DNA of 30,907 nucleotides from Escherichia coli (GTDB lineage Bacteria; Pseudomonadota; Gammaproteobacteria; Enterobacterales; Enterobacteriaceae): NCBI RefSeq assembly GCF_003334385.1, contig NZ_QOWN01000055.1; one strand, 5' to 3'. Shown piece by piece: positions 17,984 to 27,690 of this stretch (position 1 is its first letter; each line of letters starts with the position of its first letter). The notes under the pieces were generated by a model. It saw only the letters and a program-made list of their open reading frames with translations, ran no database searches and was not told where the DNA came from. The position numbers and the translations under genes were made by a program.

Positions 17984-19317
17984 AAAAAAGTGTCGATTTT
18001 ATTGGTGTCGGGACAGGGCCATTTAATCTCAGCATTGCTGCATTGTCACATCAGATCGAAGAACTGAACTGTCTCTTCTTTGACGAACATCCTCATTTTT
18101 CCTGGCATCCGGGTATGCTGGTACCGGATTGTCATATGCAGACCGTCTTTCTGAAAGATCTGGTCAGTGCAGTTGCACCTACAAATCCCTACAGCTTTGT
18201 TAACTATCTGGTGAAGCACAAAAAGTTCTATCGCTTCCTTACAAGCAGGCTACGTACAGTATCCCGTGAAGAGTTTTCTGACTATCTCCGCTGGGCTGCT
18301 GAAGATATGAATAACCTGTATTTCAGTCATACCGTTGAAAATATTGATTTCGACAAAAAAAGTCGATTGTTTCTGGTTCAGACCAGTCGGGGAGAATATT
18401 TTGCCCACAATATCTGCCTTGGTACAGGAAAACAACCTTATTTACCACCCTGTGTGAAGCATGTGACACAATCCTGTTTCCATGCCAGTGAAATGAATCT
18501 TCGTCGGCCGGACCTGAGTGAAAAACGGATAACCGTGGTTGGTGGAGGACAGAGTGGTGCAGACCTGTTCCTTAATGCATTACGCGGGGAATGGGGAGAA
18601 GCGGCGGAAATAAACTGGGTCTCACGGCGTAATAATTTTAACGCACTGGATGAGGCTGCTTTTGCTGATGAGTATTTTACACCTGAATATATTTCAGGCT
18701 TCTCCGGACTGAAGGAAGATATTCGCCATCAGTTACTGGATGAGCAGAAAATGACATCGGATGGCATCACTGCCGATTCTTTACTGACCATTTATCGTGA
18801 GTTGTACCACCGTTTTGAAGTTCTGAGAAAACCAAGAAATATCCGTCTGCTACCCAGTCGCTCGGTAACAACTCTGGAAAGTAGTGGTCCGGGCTGGAGG
18901 TTATTGATGGAACATCATCTGGATCAGGGCAGAGAGAGCCTGGAAAGTGATGTGGTGATTTTCGCCACAGGTTACCGTTCTGCATTGCCACAAATACTTC
19001 CCTCACTGATGCCCTTGATCACCATGCACGATAAGAACACCTTTAAAGTGCGTGATGACTTCACTCTGGAATGGAGTGGCCCGAAAGAAAATAACATCTT
19101 TGCGGTCAACGCCAGCATGCAAACTCATGGCATCGCCGAACCCCAGCTCAGCCTGATGGCCTGGCGATCTGCACGTATTCTTAATCGCGTACTGGGGCGT
19201 GATTTATTCGATCTCAGTATGCCGCCCGCACTGATTCAGTGGCGCAGCGGCAGCCGGAAAAAACCGCAGCCGGAGGCTGCTTCTTTAACTCACTATACAG
19301 CAAATATTCAGGAATAA
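17980..19317 (+). CDS. iucD: L-lysine N6-monooxygenase IucD
   Basis: 445 aa; FAD motif GVGTGPFNLS near the N-terminus, NADPH motif VVGGGQSGAD; start overlaps the iucC stop (ATGA). Confidence 0.92.
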   Translation: MKKSVDFIGVGTGPFNLSIAALSHQIEELNCLFFDEHPHFSWHPGMLVPDCHMQTVFLKDLVSAVAPTNPYSFVNYLVKHKKFYRFLTSRLRTVSREEFSDYLRWAAEDMNNLYFSHTVENIDFDKKSRLFLVQTSRGEYFAHNICLGTGKQPYLPPCVKHVTQSCFHASEMNLRRPDLSEKRITVVGGGQSGADLFLNALRGEWGEAAEINWVSRRNNFNALDEAAFADEYFTPEYISGFSGLKEDIRHQLLDEQKMTSDGITADSLLTIYRELYHRFEVLRKPRNIRLLPSRSVTTLESSGPGWRLLMEHHLDQGRESLESDVVIFATGYRSALPQILPSLMPLITMHDKNTFKVRDDFTLEWSGPKENNIFAVNASMQTHGIAEPQLSLMAWRSARILNRVLGRDLFDLSMPPALIQWRSGSRKKPQPEAASLTHYTANIQE

Positions 19318-19319
19318 CG

Positions 19320-21518
19320 ATGATGCGCAAAAAGTATATGCCCCGGGCTCTTGGTCCGCTGCTTCTTGTCGTGCTGTCACCAGCTGTCGCCCAGCAAAAC
19401 GATGATAATGAGATCATAGTGTCTGCCAGCCGCAGCAATCGAACTGTAGCGGAGATGGCGCAAACCACCTGGGTTATCGAAAATGCCGAACTGGAGCAGC
19501 AGATTCAGGGCGGTAAAGAGCTGAAAGACGCACTGGCTCAGTTAATCCCCGGCCTTGATGTCAGCAGCCAGAGTCGAACCAACTACGGTATGAACATGCG
19601 TGGCCGCCCGCTGGTTGTCCTGATTGACGGTGTGCGCCTCAACTCTTCACGTTCCGACAGCCGACAACTGGACTCTGTCGATCCTTTTAATATCGACCAT
19701 ATTGAAGTGATCTCCGGCGCGACGGCCCTGTACGGTGGCGGGAGTACCGGAGGGTTGATCAACATCGTGACCAAAAAAGGTCAGCCGGAAACCATGATGG
19801 AGTTTGAGGCTGGCACAAAAAGTGGCTTTAACAGCAGTAAAGATCACGATGAGCGCATTGCCGGTGCTGTCTCCGGCGGAAATGACCATATCTCCGGACG
19901 TCTTTCCGTGGCATATCAGAAATTTGGCGGCTGGTTTGACGGTAACGGCGATGCCACTCTGCTTGATAACACCCAGACCGGCCTGCAGCACTCCAATCGG
20001 CTGGACATCATGGGAACCGGTACGCTGAACATCGATGAATCCCGGCAGCTTCAACTGATAACGCAGTACTATAAAAGTCAGGGAGACGACAATTACGGGC
20101 TTAATCTCGGGAAAGGCTTTTCCGCCATCAGCGGGAGCAGCACACCATACGTCAGTAAGGGGCTGAATTCTGACCGCATTCCCGGCACTGAGCGGCATTT
20201 GATCAGCCTGCAGTACTCTGACAGTGATTTCCTGGGACAGGAACTGGTCGGTCAGGTTTACTACCGCGATGAGTCGTTGCGGTACTACCCGTTCCCGACG
20301 GTAAATGCGAATAAACAGGCGACGGCTTTCTCCTCGTCACAGCAGGATACCGACCAGTACGGCATGAAACTGACTCTGAACAGCCAACTGATGGACGGCT
20401 GGCAAATCACCTGGGGGCTGGATGCTGAGCATGAGCGCTTTACCTCCAACCAGATGTTCTTCGATCTGGCTCAGGCAAGTGCTTCCGGAGGGCTGAACAA
20501 CCATAAGATTTACACCACCGGGCGCTATCCGTCATATGACATCACCAATCTGGCGGCCTTCCTGCAATCCAGCTATGACATTAATGATATTTTTACCGTT
20601 AGCGGTGGCGTACGCTATCAGTATACTGAGAACAGGGTAGATGATTTCATCGACTACACGCAGCAACAGAAGATTGCTGCCGGGAAGGCGATATCTGCCG
20701 ACGCCATTCCTGGTGGTTCGGTAGATTACGATAACTTTCTGTTCAATGCTGGTCTGCTGATGCACATCACCGAACGTCAGCAGGCATGGTTCAATTTTTC
20801 CCAGGGGGTGGCATTGCCGGATCCGGGGAAATATTATGGTCGCGGCATCTATGGTGCAGCAGTGAACGGCCATCTTTCCCTGACAAAGAGCGTGAACGTC
20901 AGCGACAGTAAGCTGGAAGGCGTGAAAGTCGATTCTTATGAACTGGGCTGGCGCTTTACCGGTGACAACCTGCGGACTCAAATCGCGGCATATTACTCGC
21001 TTTCCAATAAGAGCGTGGAAAGGAATAAAGATCTGACCATCAGTGTGAAGGACGACAGGCGCCGTATTTACGGCGTGGAAGGTGCGGTGGACTACCTGAT
21101 CCCGGATACTGACTGGAGTACCGGTGTGAACTTCAATGTGCTGAAAACCGAGTCGAAAGTGAACGGTCAATGGCAAAAATATGACGTGAAGGAATCAAGT
21201 CCATCGAAAGCGACAGCTTACATTAACTGGGCGCCGGAACCGTGGAGTCTGCGTGTACAGAGCACCACTTCTTTCGACGTAAGCGATGCAGAGGGTAACG
21301 ATATTAATGGTTACACTACCGTCGATTTTATCAGTAGTTGGCAGCTTCCGGTGGGAACACTCAGCTTCAGCGTTGAGAACCTCTTCGACCGTGACTATAC
21401 CACTGTCTGGGGACAGCGTGCACCTCTGTACTACAGCCCGGGTTACGGCCCTGCTTCACTGTACGACTACAAAGGCCGGGGCCGAACCTTTGGTCTGAAC
21501 TACTCAGTGCTGTTCTGA
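19320..21518 (+). CDS. iutA: Ferric aerobactin TonB-dependent outer-membrane receptor IutA
   Basis: 732 aa from the ATG at 19320 (MMRKKYMPRALGPLLLVVLSPAVAQQ signal peptide). The ORF-track start at 19239 lies inside iucD. C-terminal beta-barrel ending in F. Confidence 0.92.
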   Translation: MMRKKYMPRALGPLLLVVLSPAVAQQNDDNEIIVSASRSNRTVAEMAQTTWVIENAELEQQIQGGKELKDALAQLIPGLDVSSQSRTNYGMNMRGRPLVVLIDGVRLNSSRSDSRQLDSVDPFNIDHIEVISGATALYGGGSTGGLINIVTKKGQPETMMEFEAGTKSGFNSSKDHDERIAGAVSGGNDHISGRLSVAYQKFGGWFDGNGDATLLDNTQTGLQHSNRLDIMGTGTLNIDESRQLQLITQYYKSQGDDNYGLNLGKGFSAISGSSTPYVSKGLNSDRIPGTERHLISLQYSDSDFLGQELVGQVYYRDESLRYYPFPTVNANKQATAFSSSQQDTDQYGMKLTLNSQLMDGWQITWGLDAEHERFTSNQMFFDLAQASASGGLNNHKIYTTGRYPSYDITNLAAFLQSSYDINDIFTVSGGVRYQYTENRVDDFIDYTQQQKIAAGKAISADAIPGGSVDYDNFLFNAGLLMHITERQQAWFNFSQGVALPDPGKYYGRGIYGAAVNGHLSLTKSVNVSDSKLEGVKVDSYELGWRFTGDNLRTQIAAYYSLSNKSVERNKDLTISVKDDRRRIYGVEGAVDYLIPDTDWSTGVNFNVLKTESKVNGQWQKYDVKESSPSKATAYINWAPEPWSLRVQSTTSFDVSDAEGNDINGYTTVDFISSWQLPVGTLSFSVENLFDRDYTTVWGQRAPLYYSPGYGPASLYDYKGRGRTFGLNYSVLF

Positions 21519-21544
21519 CGGGGATGCTTTTGCAACAAGGGTAT

Positions 21545-21586
21545 GCTGTAAACAACATGGTCCTTGGTGGCCATGTTGTTTACAGC
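21545..21586 (+). terminator. Strong hairpin (16-bp perfect stem, 10-nt loop) 27 nt after the iutA stop; candidate terminator or recombination scar
   Basis: GCTGTAAACAACATGG-tccttggtgg-CCATGTTGTTTACAGC, followed by a direct repeat of TTGTTTACAGCCAGTAT; no U-tract. Confidence 0.4.
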
Positions 21587-22075
21587 CAGTATTGTTTACA
21601 GCCAGTATAATATACAGCCTTAACAAGATATTCCGTCTCCGGAATGGACTGTTCACCACTGAATAACATTATTTCTGTTTTATGGATCTTTGACTGAAAT
21701 TTATCGCATATCCTCATTTCATTGTCCGTCTGAAAACTAACCTTACAAGTAAGCGTCGTCTCAGCACCGTCTGGCAGATCCTGAAATTCCTGAGAGGATG
21801 ATCTGCGCCCAATATCCTGAGCCGGAACTTTGCTGCAATGAAGGCCAACGAAAAATGGGGGAGTATGTTATAGAGTACTTGCTACAGGGTAAAAAGAGGT
21901 ACCTGTCGCTGGTTCTCCGTTCAGTTTAACCGGGAGATTTTCTCCTGCGCCTGTCATAAAGTCCGGTAATGGAGATTGTTAATACGATGGTGCACGATGC
22001 ATTGTCGGTGCCCGGCCCGGAGGATGCCCCGTAACTACATACGGATCAGGGTTGGCAATATCGAATGGCAGGCTA

Positions 22076-22198
22076 TAGGCAAAGTTAAAGCCCCATGGAG
22101 TAGCACAAAATATGCCACACAAAGGAAACGGTCTGAATAACGCAGTGATGGAGAACTTCTTCGGCACACTGCAAAATCGCATCGTGGTCGAGCGCTGA
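22076..22198 (+). pseudogene. IS3-family transposase (OrfB) C-terminal remnant
   Basis: Translation ...HKGNGLNNAVMENFFGTLQNRIVVER* matches the conserved IS3-family block (RKGNCWDNAxMExFFxxLKxE). It has no intact upstream reading frame and ends prematurely. Confidence 0.35.
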
Positions 22199-23039
22199 TT
22201 CTGGCGAACAACTGAACTAATACATCAGAATCTGCATTATGTTAAATAAATATGAAAAGATGGTTTAAATACCCCGTTACTTTTGACTTACACTATACGG
22301 TATCGCATCGTTTAATATTCGCACCGGCCAGATTTTTATTTCTATTAGTTGTCACAATACTGAATGCGTACGACCACAGTATTCTGGCTCCTGTGTGGTC
22401 ATGCTTTAATTCTGCGTTCCGGACAGATAAGCAGTTGCTTGCAGGAATCCTTCTTGTGTTAATGTCAGTTCCCCTTTTTACCAGTGCTGATTTCCACATT
22501 CCGTCCAACAGAGCTTATAGCCTTTCCCTGGATTATAGCATTGTCCGGCTGAAGTTCTTTTTGAATAATAATAGAAGCACTGCTGGCAGATCCAGTCCGT
22601 TTTTCATAACCCACTGTACTGATAACCATAATCTAATCAGTAGAAATTGAGTCGAAAATAAGCACTACTCCATACAGGATAATTAGAGGTCAGTTTGATT
22701 ATTCACAATTCATCATCAGCATTTTCTGTTTCTGACGAAATCAACATGAAAAGAACCATATATGATAATTATTATAATAACGGCTTTAATTGGAATACAT
22801 ATATTACAACGTATTATATATAATTGGTATTCTGGGAACTATATTCTCAAAATACAGTAGAAACGAGGTATGTTTCTGGTGGAAAGGACAGTGGGATTAA
22901 AAAGTAAGAATTGATAAAAAAACGCCAGCAACACATAGTGCCGGCGGAGGGAATACCCCATGGAGAAAATGTGATGCCTAGAGCACCATGAATATATAAT
23001 TAAAAATAGTTAGCGTTGTCAATACTTTCACAAAAATAA

Positions 23040-23111
23040 TTTTCGTAGTTTCGTAGTTTCGTAGTTTCGTAGTTTCGTAGTTTCGTAGTTTCGTAGTTTC
23101 GTAGTTTCGTA
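23040..23111. repeat. Perfect octanucleotide tandem repeat (TTTCGTAG)x9
   Basis: Counted directly in the sequence: nine head-to-tail copies, 72 bp, in an AT-rich intergenic region. Confidence 0.9.
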
Positions 23112-24923
23112 GTATAGAAAGATATTTTTATGCATGACCTACCTGAATTTGCTCCGGGTAGAGGTTATAAATAAAAATTGAATCACGACAAACACAATAT
23201 TCATAGTATGGCGATGCCTACGCCAGCAAGAATAGCGCCAATAATGTTGGGAATATAATAGACACCAGACGCACAGGTATCTCATCTCTTAACAAATAAT
23301 AATCAGGGTATTTACTTTTTCCTCGCCAGCTGTTTACACCTAAAGCACACAAATTAACCATTTAATAACAAATGGCAATATCCATAGCCATACGACTTTA
23401 CCTTGTAATGTTCGGTATTTCTTTATAATTATTCTGGGAAATCTATCATTTATTTTTAAAATCAAATTATCTTGTTGTTTAAAAATAAGTTCACATACTT
23501 TATCATCTTCTTCCGCCATCAACATCTCTGCATACTTAAACATTTCAGAACGTTCCTTTAGCACAGAAGAGTAATTATATGTCCAGTTCCCAGGCAATAA
23601 TGCTTATGGATATTTAATTAATAATTTAGAGAATATTTGCAATAATATTTGGCTGTATTCAGAAATACCTGAAAAATCATACTATACAGCCCCAGGGAAT
23701 GGATAAAGATTCTAACAAAGCATTTCAACAATATATGCTTGTTAAAAATCCATATCGAAATGCCGTTGCAGCATTAATATATGCCTCATTCATAAAATGT
23801 AAAAGAGCAAGCTCGTACCAGTAGGGGGGAAATTCATTGACATGTCCTGTCAATACGTACAGAGCCCTGTCATGCTTGCCGGCACGTAACAATTCCGTCC
23901 CCAGTAACCAGCGTGTCCCCTGATTATTCTCAGGGTTATATGTTAGTATTTTATCAATGAGTATAACGGCATCCTGATGACGCTGTAAATGAACATTCGC
24001 CAGAATTGCAGCATAAAGAGCGCAAATGCATATGCCAGATGAGCGTGAATATCAATGATGTCAGGAGCATGTCAGGCAAGACGCCTGAGTTTGTTGACGT
24101 AATTTGTTTCGTTTATTTCATCACTATCGTATGCGTCAAGAGTTTTTTCAAACTCATCCCGAAATGGGCCAAGCCTGGTTTCAGGAAATAAGAAATACCC
24201 CTGGTTATTGTTCACTTAAAAGTATAATTTGTAATTCAAATCCTGAGCCTGTAAAACGGGGAGTAACATATTCTATTCTGAAGAGAATAAAAGTCGTGAT
24301 GCGATGTATCAAGCCCGGATTGTAATCCCAGATTAACATAGATCACAAAACAACTTATTCTTCACTAACGTGAAGATAAATATCGTTGTATGCCTTATCA
24401 CGACTACGAATACCAGCAAGATACAACTGACATACGGAAAGATACCATGTTTTTTACTCCCGAAAATAACGCTAAAAAGCTACTTCCCCATCGTTTGTCC
24501 TTAGTATTGTCAGCGCCAACAATGTGGGCTGACATGATAAAGCTGTCTAGGAAAACGTTCGCCTCCTCAGCGGACAATCCAAATGGTGATTGTCTCTATT
24601 AAACGTTTATTTTGAAGGTCGACTGAATAAGGTGATGACGCTGTAGAATTTTTCACGTGCCACAGAATTTTTGAACGCTTTCTCTTACAATATTTCAATG
24701 TTTCTATCAGTATTCACCGGAAGAAGTCATCGACCAAATCATCCCAGTCGTCTCGCACCACTGACCATTCATGGTTGACATGTGGTGGAAATCCGCTTCT
24801 ACAGTAACCATTTTTTATTCGCAAAACCGAACACGCCATACGGATAGCTGTTAACTGGCATGCCGAGGCAGTTGTTATTTATATTTAGTTTTGTCAATAA
24901 TCTTTATTTTTTGTAAAAGGCAA

Positions 24924-24945
24924 ATATAAATTATTCTCATTATTG
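24924..24945 (+). promoter_or_regulatory. Candidate Fur-binding site upstream of iha
   Basis: AT-rich NATWAT-type hexamers (ATATAAATTATTCTCATTATTG) ~50-70 bp upstream of the iha ATG; about 12/19 against the Fur consensus in the best register. Confidence 0.3.
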
Positions 24946-24995
24946 TTTGTATTTGTGTATTGTCTTGCCGGTTAACATGATCGGAGATTAGTAAT

Positions 24996-27086
24996 ATGCG
25001 AATAACCACTCTGGCTTCCGTAGTCATTCCCTGTCTCGGATTTTCAGCCAGCAGCATAGCTGCTGCAGAGGATGTGATGATTGTCTCGGCATCCGGCTAT
25101 GAGAAAAAGCTGACTAACGCAGCCGCCAGTGTTTCTGTGATTAGCCAGGAGGAATTGCAGTCCAGCCAGTACCACGATCTGGCGGAGGCTCTGAGATCAG
25201 TAGAGGGTGTGGATGTTGAAAGTGGTACGGGTAAAACCGGTGGGCTGGAAATCAGCATCCGAGGAATGCCAGCCAGTTACACGCTGATACTGATTGATGG
25301 TGTTCGTCAGGGCGGAAGCAGTGACGTGACTCCCAACGGTTTTTCTGCCATGAATACCGGGTTCATGCCCCCTCTGGCCGCCATTGAGCGTATTGAGGTT
25401 ATCAGGGGGCCGATGTCCACACTGTATGGCTCTGATGCGATGGGCGGTGTGGTGAATATCATTACCAGAAAGAATGCAGACAAATGGCTCTCTTCCGTCA
25501 ATGCAGGGCTGAATCTGCAGGAAAGCAACAAATGGGGTAACAGCAGCCAGTTTAATTTCTGGAGCAGTGGCCCCCTTGTGGATGATTCTGTCAGCCTGCA
25601 GGTACGCGGTAGCACACAACAGCGTCAGGGCTCATCGGTCACATCACTGAGCGATACAGCAGCCACGCGTATTCCTTATCCCACGGAGTCACAGAATTAT
25701 AATCTTGGTGCACGTCTTGACTGGAAGGCGTCGGAGCAGGATGTGCTCTGGTTTGATATGGATACCACCCGGCAGCGTTATGATAACCGGGATGGGCAAC
25801 TGGGGAGTCTGACGGGGGGATATGACCGGACCCTGCGCTATGAGCGGAACAAAATTTCAGCTGGCTATGATCATACTTTCACCTTCGGAACATGGAAATC
25901 GTATCTGAACTGGAACGAGACAGAAAATAAAGGTCGTGAGCTCGTACGCAGTGTACTGAAGCGCGACAAATGGGGGCTTGCCGGTCAGCCGCGGGAGCTT
26001 AAGGAATCGAACCTTATCCTGAATTCATTACTGCTTACCCCTCTGGGAGAATCTCATCTGGTTACGGTGGGGGGCGAGTTTCAGAGCTCGTCCATGAAAG
26101 ACGGAGTTGTCCTTGCCAGCACAGGTGAAACTTTCCGGCAGAAAAGCTGGTCGGTATTTGCTGAGGATGAGTGGCATCTCACGGATGCACTTGCGCTGAC
26201 TGCGGGCAGCCGCTATGAACATCATGAGCAATTCGGGGGACACTTCAGTCCGCGTGCATATCTGGTCTGGGATGTGGCAGATGCCTGGACGCTGAAAGGC
26301 GGTGTGACCACGGGATATAAGGCACCCAGAATGGGGCAGCTACATAAAGGGATTAGTGGTGTGTCCGGGCAGGGAAAAACAAATCTACTTGGTAACCCCG
26401 ACCTGAAGCCGGAAGAGAGCGTCAGTTATGAGGCTGGGGTGTATTACGATAACCCCGCCGGTCTGAATGCCAATGTCACAGGTTTTATGACTGACTTCTC
26501 CAACAAGATTGTCTCTTATTCCATAAATGATAACACCAATAGCTATGTAAACAGCGGAAAGGCCCGGTTGCACGGTGTGGAATTTGCCGGCACATTGCCG
26601 CTGTGGTCAGAGGATGTCACGCTGTCACTGAATTACACCTGGACCCGAAGTGAACAACGTGATGGTGATAACAAAGGTGCGCCGCTGAGTTATACCCCTG
26701 AACACATGGTGAATGCGAAACTGAACTGGCAGATCACCGAAGAGGTGGCATCATGGCTGGGTGCCCGTTATCGCGGGAAAACACCACGTTTCACCCAGAA
26801 TTATTCGTCACTGAGCGCTGTACAGAAGAAAGTGTATGATGAGAAAGGAGAATACCTGAAAGCCTGGACGGTGGTGGATGCAGGTCTGTCGTGGAAGATG
26901 ACGGATGCCCTGACGCTGAATGCTGCGGTGAATAACCTGCTCAACAAGGATTACAGTGACGTGAGCCTGTACAGTGCCGGTAAGAGTACGCTGTATGCCG
27001 GTGATTACTTCCAGACGGGATCATCAACAACAGGATATGTGATACCTGAGCGAAATTACTGGATGTCGCTGAACTATCAGTTCTGA
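24996..27086 (+). CDS. iha: TonB-dependent outer-membrane siderophore receptor/adhesin, Iha-like (IrgA homologue)
   Basis: 696 aa, the length I recall for Iha. Signal peptide; plug-domain motifs (AIERIEVIRGPMSTLYGSDAMGGVVNIITRK); C-terminal barrel ending NYQF. Confidence 0.8.
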   Translation: MRITTLASVVIPCLGFSASSIAAAEDVMIVSASGYEKKLTNAAASVSVISQEELQSSQYHDLAEALRSVEGVDVESGTGKTGGLEISIRGMPASYTLILIDGVRQGGSSDVTPNGFSAMNTGFMPPLAAIERIEVIRGPMSTLYGSDAMGGVVNIITRKNADKWLSSVNAGLNLQESNKWGNSSQFNFWSSGPLVDDSVSLQVRGSTQQRQGSSVTSLSDTAATRIPYPTESQNYNLGARLDWKASEQDVLWFDMDTTRQRYDNRDGQLGSLTGGYDRTLRYERNKISAGYDHTFTFGTWKSYLNWNETENKGRELVRSVLKRDKWGLAGQPRELKESNLILNSLLLTPLGESHLVTVGGEFQSSSMKDGVVLASTGETFRQKSWSVFAEDEWHLTDALALTAGSRYEHHEQFGGHFSPRAYLVWDVADAWTLKGGVTTGYKAPRMGQLHKGISGVSGQGKTNLLGNPDLKPEESVSYEAGVYYDNPAGLNANVTGFMTDFSNKIVSYSINDNTNSYVNSGKARLHGVEFAGTLPLWSEDVTLSLNYTWTRSEQRDGDNKGAPLSYTPEHMVNAKLNWQITEEVASWLGARYRGKTPRFTQNYSSLSAVQKKVYDEKGEYLKAWTVVDAGLSWKMTDALTLNAAVNNLLNKDYSDVSLYSAGKSTLYAGDYFQTGSSTTGYVIPERNYWMSLNYQF

Positions 27087-27116
27087 TAATAACAAAACGC
27101 TATCACTGACGGTAGA

Positions 27117-27159
27117 ATACGTTGCCACTGCAACTCCTGGCGGAACAGTGGCAACGTAT
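27117..27159 (+). terminator. Hairpin (14-bp perfect stem, 15-nt loop) 30 nt downstream of the iha stop
   Basis: ATACGTTGCCACTG-caactcctggcggaa-CAGTGGCAACGTAT; no clear U-tract. Confidence 0.45.
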
Positions 27160-27303
27160 TAGGTTAAGTGCATTTCCGATCCGCTAATGAGATTTCGTTA
27201 CCAACAACTAATATCGTCACAGGAAATGCACGGATTATTTTTAACTTATCATTTACATACTTGTCCAGAGTGTAAGCGCACCGTGAAGGACGTGGGGTAA
27301 AAA

Positions 27304-27545
27304 TTAGTTTACAGAGAGAGTGACGTTCCAGGGCAACAACTCTTTCATGCGGTTGGCAGGCCAGGTGTTGATTACACTGATCACGTGGCGTAGCCACGTT
27401 TCCGGCTCGATTCCGTTAAGTTTTGCAGCTACCGATCAGGCTGTACATCACTGCCGCACTATCGCTCGTCATCTCAAAGTCCGGTCTCGTCAGCAGGAAG
27501 GTATCATTCTCTCCCGCCATTTTTCTGGGGGCCCGGTCAGATAAG
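27304..27545 (-). pseudogene. IS66-family transposase C-terminal relic (frameshifted)
   Basis: Minus-strand translation ...AAKLNGIEPETWLRHVISVINTWPANRMKELLPWNVTLSVN* is homologous to the C-terminus of the intact TnpC (…CRLNGIDPEAYLRHILSVLPEWPSNRVGELLPWNVVLTNK). Upstream homology continues in another frame. Confidence 0.5.
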
Positions 27546-27690
27546 TCCCTTTGTCTATCGCTGACTCCTGGCTCATAACCCGGTTAGCAGAATGCAGGGG
27601 CACCACCTCGCCACGACCGAATCCGGATAAGTCAATTGCACCTTCTCAATCGCCATTTTGGTAAGCGTCAACGGAGCACCGTATTGACGC

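Noticed and set aside
19239-19319. Long ORF-track start for iutA at 19239
   Set aside because: It overlaps the 3' end of iucD in another frame. The known IutA signal peptide begins at the ATG at 19320.
12529-21176. Antisense ORFs within shiF and the aerobactin genes (e.g. 12670-13188, 13839-14159, 14790-15467, 15816-16217, 17135-17512, 19647-20198, 20532-21176)
   Set aside because: Each is fully contained in, and opposite to, a confidently identified gene; they are GC-rich, low-complexity translations without motifs.
22252-22650. 132 aa plus-strand ORF and overlapping 71 aa minus-strand ORF in the AT-rich block
   Set aside because: No RBS, no recognisable domain, highly hydrophobic or low-complexity translation. 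I could not distinguish them from chance ORFs; they are noted only as part of the decayed block.
23040-23111. Possibility that the tandem repeat is a CRISPR array
   Set aside because: The units are contiguous 8-mers with no spacers and are far too short; this is a simple sequence repeat, not CRISPR.
24390-24860. ORF 24390-24602 (+) and a 41 aa minus-strand ORF near 24690-24815 upstream of iha
   Set aside because: No recognisable domains or convincing translation signals; probably non-coding promoter-proximal DNA or decayed sequence.
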